Source: Candidatus Dormiibacterota bacterium (lineage in GTDB: Bacteria; Chloroflexota; Dormibacteria; Aeolococcales; Aeolococcaceae). Taken from it: DNA of 64,000 bases. Shown here one piece after another: positions 59,046 to 64,000 of the stretch. A model generated the notes under the pieces. The model was not told the DNA's origin. It was given only the letters and a program-made list of their open reading frames with translations, and made no database searches. The stretch covers positions 1 through 64,000 of the forward strand of contig CAVPXI010000016.1 in assembly GCA_963709585.1 (NCBI GenBank), in the 5' to 3' direction. A program made the translations under genes and the position numbers. Within the stretch, counting starts at the first letter, position 1. Each line of letters opens with the position of its first letter.

Positions 59046-60733
59046 TGACCGAGCGAGTGCTCGCTGGCGTTCCAGCGTCACCGGGGACAGCGTTCGGAAG
59101 GGTTCGGCAACTCGACGCCGGCGGTGGGATCGACGGAATCGTCCTCGACGACGGCGCGCGTCCGGCTGCAGCGGCGCAGGCCCTCGACGCGCTGGCGCAA
59201 TCGGCGCGGGAGCTCGAAAAGCTTGCGGCGGCGATTCGAGCTGAAGGCCGGACCGCGGAGGCAGACATCCTCGACGCCGGAATGATGATGGCCGAGGACC
59301 CGATGCTCCGCGACGCCGTCGAGCGCGCGGTGCTCATCCGCGGCCTCACTGCGGCGAGCGCGATTCGCGTCGAGGTGGAGGCTGCCGCGACGCAGCTGGA
59401 CATGCTCGGTGATGCTGAGCTCGCGGCGCGGGCCGCGGATGTCCGGAGCCTCGCGAGGCGGGCATCGCGACACGCGTCCGGCAACTCCGCCGTCAGTGCG
59501 AAGAGCGGCGGCGACGACGCGATTCTGGTTGCGCCTGATCTCGGTCCCGCAGACGTCATCGAGCTCGACGGCGACGTGCGCGGGATCGCCCTCGCGGTCG
59601 GGGGTGTGACCGGCCACGCCGCGATCGTCGCGCGCGGGCTCGGTCTCCCGATGGTGGTAGGACTCGGTGCGGATCTCCTCTCAATGGCGGAGGGCGAGCT
59701 CTGCATCGTCGACGGCGACCGGAGCGTGGTCATCGGGTCGCCGGACCGCGGCCGCGTCGAGGCGGTGCGCGGAGCGATCGCCGCCGCCCGGGAGGCGCGA
59801 GCTCGAGCCATGGCGGCTCTCGCCCTGCCGACAGTCACTCGCGACCGCCGGATGGTTCGCGTCCTCGCCAACGCCGCGACCGCGACGGAGGTGCGCGCCG
59901 CGTTGGAGGCGGGTGCCGACGGGGTGGGCCTGCTGCGCACCGAGCTGGCCTTCCTGGAAGCCCGGCACTGGCCGACCGTCGCCGAGCATCGCCGCACGCT
60001 CGACCCTGCGCTGACCCAGCTCAGGGGATTGACGGCGACCGTTCGCCTGCTCGATTTCGGAGGCGACAAGACGCCCCCCTTCCTTAAAGGAGTCTACGGA
60101 CGTGGCGTCGAGCTCCTCCTGGAGGATGCCGAGGCGCTCTCGTGGCAGCTCGAGGCGATCCTCGAGGCAGGTGCTGCCACCGAGCTTCGGGTGCTCATCC
60201 CGATGGTGACCGAGCCCGCTCAGGTGCGCGCGGTGAGGGCCGCCATCGAACCGATCGCCGCGAGGAGGGGGAGTCGCATACCGGTCGTGGCCGCGATGGT
60301 CGAAGTTCCGGCGGCCGTTGTCATGGCAGATCGCATCGCCCGCGAGGTGGGCATGCTCAGCATCGGCACCAACGACCTGACCAGTTTTCAGCTCGGGATC
60401 GATCGGACTCGGCCCGGCGGCGCTCCGGCGCATCACCCCGCCGTGCTCCAGCTGATCGCCGACACCGTCGGCGCCGCTCGCACCACCGGGATCCCGGTCG
60501 AGGTGTGCGGCGAAGCGGCATCGAATCCGCTGGTGATGCCGCTGCTGGTCGGACTGGGTGTCGACGAGTTGAGCGTCGGTGCGGCCGCGGTCGCTCGAGT
60601 TCGGGCGTGGGTCCGTGCGCTGAACTACGAGGAGGCGGCAGGAATCGCGTACCGCGCGCTCGACGCCGAATCGGCTGCCGAGGTGGAGTCGCTGGAGCGC
60701 CCGCTCCGCTCCCTACTCGACGACGCCGGCTGA
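59045..60733 (+). CDS. ptsI: PEP-protein phosphotransferase (PTS enzyme I)
   Basis: GGVTGHAAIVAR (phospho-His), GVGLLRTE, RLLDFGGDK, MVEVPAA, SIGTNDL, VCGE. Confidence 0.9.
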   Translation: MTERVLAGVPASPGTAFGRVRQLDAGGGIDGIVLDDGARPAAAAQALDALAQSARELEKLAAAIRAEGRTAEADILDAGMMMAEDPMLRDAVERAVLIRGLTAASAIRVEVEAAATQLDMLGDAELAARAADVRSLARRASRHASGNSAVSAKSGGDDAILVAPDLGPADVIELDGDVRGIALAVGGVTGHAAIVARGLGLPMVVGLGADLLSMAEGELCIVDGDRSVVIGSPDRGRVEAVRGAIAAAREARARAMAALALPTVTRDRRMVRVLANAATATEVRAALEAGADGVGLLRTELAFLEARHWPTVAEHRRTLDPALTQLRGLTATVRLLDFGGDKTPPFLKGVYGRGVELLLEDAEALSWQLEAILEAGAATELRVLIPMVTEPAQVRAVRAAIEPIAARRGSRIPVVAAMVEVPAAVVMADRIAREVGMLSIGTNDLTSFQLGIDRTRPGGAPAHHPAVLQLIADTVGAARTTGIPVEVCGEAASNPLVMPLLVGLGVDELSVGAAAVARVRAWVRALNYEEAAGIAYRALDAESAAEVESLERPLRSLLDDAG

Positions 60734-60983
60734 ACGACTCCGCCAGCGCGTCGAGCGCCGCTGCGGCGTCCTCACCGTCGGCGCGCACCAGCAACGTCGT
60801 ACCCGCGGTTGCGCCCAGCCCGAGCACGCTGAGAATGCTCTTCGCGTCGGCCTCACGTCCGTTCGCAGCGACGACGATCTTCGAGCGGAAGCGCATTGCG
60901 GTGCGAACGAAGAGCGCCGCGGGGCGGGCGTGGAGCGCCACGCCGTCGGGAAGCGTCATGGTGGCTTCAGAGCTTGCGAGCAT
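60713..60983 (-). CDS. ptsH: HPr phosphocarrier; apparent +1 frameshift near the 3' end (~60732)
   Basis: LHARPAA, ADAKSIL, GEDA. Removing one base after LAES gives ..AGVVE* at 60713 (89 aa, typical HPr size); otherwise the frame runs antisense into ptsI to 60357. Confidence 0.82.
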
Positions 60984-61365
60984 CGCGGGCCTCTTCGGCA
61001 GCTTGCGCCACCTCATCGAGCGGTGCTCCCGACGAAGCGATGACAGCGGCTGCCACCGCGCCCTCGACAAAAGGCGCATCGACAAGCCGGATGTGGCCGT
61101 TGCCGTTGCCGCCGAGCACCTCGCGCACAGTGAGGATGGCGCTACCGAGGTCGCAGAGCAGCAGGACCCCGTCGCCTTGATCGGCTCGCTCGATCGCCGC
61201 GCGGACGAGGTTGTCGGAAGTGCCGAGGCCTCCGTCCTGGTCACCTCCGGCGGGCTCGATATGCACGTCCGGCCCTGCCATCTGACCGGCGAGAAGCGTA
61301 AGCCCCGCGGCCAACTGGGGGCTGTGTGACACCAGTACAATCCCGACGGCCACCACGTCCCTCAT
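60967..61365 (-). CDS. dhaM: DHA kinase phosphotransferase subunit (EIIA-Man-like)
   Basis: GIVLVSHS, AGG..DG.LGT, CDLGSA, DAPFVEGAV. Confidence 0.92.
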   Translation of the reverse strand: MRDVVAVGIVLVSHSPQLAAGLTLLAGQMAGPDVHIEPAGGDQDGGLGTSDNLVRAAIERADQGDGVLLLCDLGSAILTVREVLGGNGNGHIRLVDAPFVEGAVAAAVIASSGAPLDEVAQAAEEARDARKL

Positions 61366-61422
61366 TGTCACGCGGTCGGTTCAGAGTGCCGACTAGTCTA
61401 CATCCTCGACCATAATTCAGCA

Positions 61423-62211
61423 ATGCCGAATGACCGGCGACCGACGACGATTCAGTCCGTCGATCGAGCCGCCGCTATCCTCAAGGCCCTCGCCGGCGGT
61501 CCGGGGAGGTTGGGCGTCAGCGAGCTGGCTGCCAGGCTCGGCCTCGCGCGCCCGACCGTGCACGGTCTCCTGCAGACGCTGCTCGCCCAGGGGTTTGTCG
61601 AACAGGATCAGGTCTCGGAGAAATACCAGCTGGGGGCGGGTCTGCTCCAACTGGGGTACTCGTATCTGGACGTCAACGAGTTGCGGTCGCGCTCGATCAC
61701 CTACGCCGCGCAACTCGCGGTGCGAACCAAATCCGCGGTCCGCGTGGGTGTGATGCACGGCCCGTCCGCGGTGATCGTGCACCATGTATTTCGCCCCGAC
61801 GCGACGCTGCAGATCCTCGAAGTCGGTTCACAGCTCCCGCTGCACGCCAGCGCTCTCGGGAAGGCGCTGCTCGCATTCGCGCCCAGCGAGGTCATCGAGA
61901 CCATGCTGTCGGCGCCGCTGGAGCGCCTGACCAAGCGAACGCCGAACGCGGCCGCGTTGCGCATCCAGCTCACCACGATCCGCCTCCAGGCGATCGCGAC
62001 CGAGCGCGATGAGGCCGTGCTCGGTGAATCCAGCATTGCCGCGCCGATCTTCGATCGCGCGAGCAACGCCGTCGGCGCCATCGCCGTCGTGGGTGACACC
62101 GATCGGGTGTTTCCGCGCGGGCCGGCTCGCGAACTCTCGACAGCCGTGGTCGAGGCGGCGCGCGGTGTGTCACGGGAGCTCGGCGCCCCGCGCTGGCCGT
62201 TCGCGGGCTAG
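61423..62211 (+). CDS. IclR-family regulator (GylR paralog)
   Basis: IQSVDRA, VHHVFRPD, HASALGKA; CATAAT 6 nt before the ATG. Confidence 0.9.
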   Translation: MPNDRRPTTIQSVDRAAAILKALAGGPGRLGVSELAARLGLARPTVHGLLQTLLAQGFVEQDQVSEKYQLGAGLLQLGYSYLDVNELRSRSITYAAQLAVRTKSAVRVGVMHGPSAVIVHHVFRPDATLQILEVGSQLPLHASALGKALLAFAPSEVIETMLSAPLERLTKRTPNAAALRIQLTTIRLQAIATERDEAVLGESSIAAPIFDRASNAVGAIAVVGDTDRVFPRGPARELSTAVVEAARGVSRELGAPRWPFAG

Positions 62212-62312
62212 GTCGGCGGGGATCCCGCCCGCTATGCTCTGATGGTCGATCGGAACGACCGAGGAGGTTTCGTGGCAGCGGTCAGAGTTGTCGAGTCCGA
62301 TGAGGAATCGCG

Positions 62313-63009
62313 TTGATAACCGTTGAGGGGAAAGAGGTCTTCACCGAGCTGAGCGAGCTCGTCGACCCTGCGCACACGGCGCTGCTCCTGGTCGATATGC
62401 AACGTGACTTCGTTGAGTCCGATGGCGTGTTCGGCGAACTGGGCGTCGACCTGTCGATGTATCACGATTCTCTGCCAAGGCTCGCGGGTCTGCTCAGAGA
62501 TGCCCGTCGCGCGTCCGCTCTGGTCGTCCATGTGCAGAACACGGCGCTGCCCGATCGCTTGAGCGACTCACCGGCGCAGATCCGCTTCAATCTCCGCATG
62601 CATGCCGGGAAGCGCCGTGACGGCGCCCCGCTGCGGTACTCGGTCGCCGGCACACGCGGTCACGACTTCGTCAAGGAGCTCGCGCCCCGTGGTGATGAGC
62701 TGGTGGTGCGCAAACATCGATCGAGCGCGTTCTGGGGGACCGACCTCGAGATGCTGCTGCGCAGCAATGGGATCAAGACTGTCGTGATCGGAGGGTGCAC
62801 CACCGAGGGATGCGTTGAGTTCGACGGCACGGGACGCGCTCTTCAACGACCTCTACGTCGTGATCGCCGTCGACTGCGTGGCGAGCGACGACCGGGAACA
62901 GCACGACGCGTCGTTGCTGCTCATGCGCCATCGCTTCGATATGGTGACCGCCGACGAGATCGCGGCGGTGTGGGCCACGGCCCGTCGCCGCGCCGGCGAC
63001 GAAGGCTGA
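62313..63009 (+). CDS. Isochorismatase-family cysteine hydrolase; apparent +1 frameshift at ~62820
   Basis: ALLLVDMQRDF, RKHRSSAF.GT.L, TEGCVE + STARDA in the next frame. Confidence 0.85.
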
Positions 63010-63051
63010 CGTCTCGACGGCTGTTGCGCCAACCCGCTGCTCGGGAGCTCC

Positions 63052-64000
63052 ATGGTTATCGCCGACGTCCTCTCAGTTCCGGTTCGCTCGGGGTTCTTCA
63101 GCGACGACCAGGCTGCGATTCGCGCTGGGGCGGTGCACGACGGATTCACCTACCGCGGCCGGCCGGCGACGGCCGGCTTTCGGAGCATCCGCCAGCCCGG
63201 CGAGGCCGTGTCCGTGTTGCTCCTCCTGGATGACGGTCAGATCGCCCATGGCGACTGTGCTGCCGTGCAGTATTCGGGTGTCGGCGGACGCGCCCCAGTC
63301 TTCCTGGCAGGTCCGGCCGTCGATGCGATCGAGCGTCACGTCGCACCCCTGCTGCGGGGCCGCGAGCTCACCACGTTTCGTGATGTTGCGCGCGAGATGG
63401 ATACACTCGCCGTCGATGGAGCACCGCTCCATGCTGCCATCAGATACGGCGTGACCCAGGCGCTCCTGGATGCCGTCGCGCGGAGGCGCGGAGTGACCAT
63501 GGCCGAGGTGGTGCGTGACGAGTATGCAACCGGTATCCCACTCCGCCCGGTTCCCATGTTCGCGCAATCGGGCGACGATCGCCGTGACAACGTCGACAAG
63601 ATGGTGCTCAAGGAAGCGGACGTGCTCCCGCACGGGCTCATCAATGAGATCGAGACGAAACTCGGCCGCGGCGGTGAGCTCCTGCTCGAGTACGTCGCCT
63701 GGGTTCGGGATCGCATCATCGAGCTGCGCACGAATCCCGGGTACTCCCCCCGCCTGTACTTCGACGTTTACGGAACCATCGGCGTTGTCTTCGGCGGCGA
63801 TGTCGGACGGGTGGCAGAGTATCTAACCCGTCTCGGTGACGTCGCCAAACCCTTCAGCGTCTGCGTTGAGCACGTCATCGACGCCGGAAGCCGTTCCGAG
63901 CAGATTCGCATTTCCGCGGCGCTGCGAACCGCGCTCCGAGGCAGCGGCAGCGACGTGCAGATCGCTGCGGACGAGTGGTGCAACACGCTCGAGGACATCG
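63052..64000 (+). CDS. mal: Methylaspartate ammonia-lyase (3' partial; absent from the ORF track)
   Basis: Hand translation: MVIADVL...GFFSDDQAAIRAGA.HDGFTY, GDCAAVQYSG.GGR, HAAIRYGVTQA, AQSGDDR, LPHGLIN, FDVYGT, ADEWCNT. Confidence 0.92.
   Translation, partial: MVIADVLSVPVRSGFFSDDQAAIRAGAVHDGFTYRGRPATAGFRSIRQPGEAVSVLLLLDDGQIAHGDCAAVQYSGVGGRAPVFLAGPAVDAIERHVAPLLRGRELTTFRDVAREMDTLAVDGAPLHAAIRYGVTQALLDAVARRRGVTMAEVVRDEYATGIPLRPVPMFAQSGDDRRDNVDKMVLKEADVLPHGLINEIETKLGRGGELLLEYVAWVRDRIIELRTNPGYSPRLYFDVYGTIGVVFGGDVGRVAEYLTRLGDVAKPFSVCVEHVIDAGSRSEQIRISAALRTALRGSGSDVQIAADEWCNTLEDI

Noticed and set aside
60357-61340. 327-aa ORF suggesting a long HPr fusion
   Set aside because: Only the central ~90 aa are HPr; the flanks are off-frame dhaM and antisense ptsI.
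26263-63009. Calling the six frameshifted genes true pseudogenes
   Set aside because: Each has a single +1 indel with both halves otherwise intact and recurring contexts, so assembly error is more parsimonious. Reads are needed to confirm.
1-64000. CRISPR arrays, tRNA/rRNA, prophage, IS elements, defence systems
   Set aside because: I saw no regularly spaced repeats, cloverleafs, integrases, transposases or nuclease motifs by eye. A covariance-model scan was not possible.

Overview
This is a GC-rich (roughly 67-70% by eye) bacterial window, densely coding and mostly metabolic. The gene repertoire suggests a soil Terrabacteria lineage such as Ca. Dormibacterota, Chloroflexota or Thermoleophilia; that assignment is inference only. 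I saw no rRNA, tRNA, CRISPR array or mobile element. Main blocks: (1) 0-16 kb accessory and envelope genes (MFS, AlkB, gabD, GGDEF, NRAMP, two S51 peptidases, lipoproteins, GT87); (2) a ppc-glxR-like-hyi operon converging on glycerate kinase; (3) two convergent aromatic-amino-acid fusion genes (PDH-PDT and CM-PDT-ACT-DAHPS); (4) a hydroquinone ring-cleavage operon (hapCDEF-like) bracketed by a CoxE-type VWA gene, a degenerate LLM-like gene and a CoxD/MoxR ATPase; (5) PLD, a DUF3494 ice-binding protein and an AKR; (6) a circularly permuted ATP-grasp gene plus three transglutaminases with no alpha-E gene; (7) a ~17 kb glycerol/DHA superlocus (glpF, glpK x2, glpABC, pgsA, plsY, dhaKLM, EI, HPr, two IclR) containing a His/Glu repeat microprotein; (8) a cysteine hydrolase plus methylaspartate ammonia-lyase running off the right edge. 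Six genes are broken by apparent single-base +1 insertions, three of them in the same GAGT[T]CG context. These are probably sequencing errors and may mark a methylated motif.
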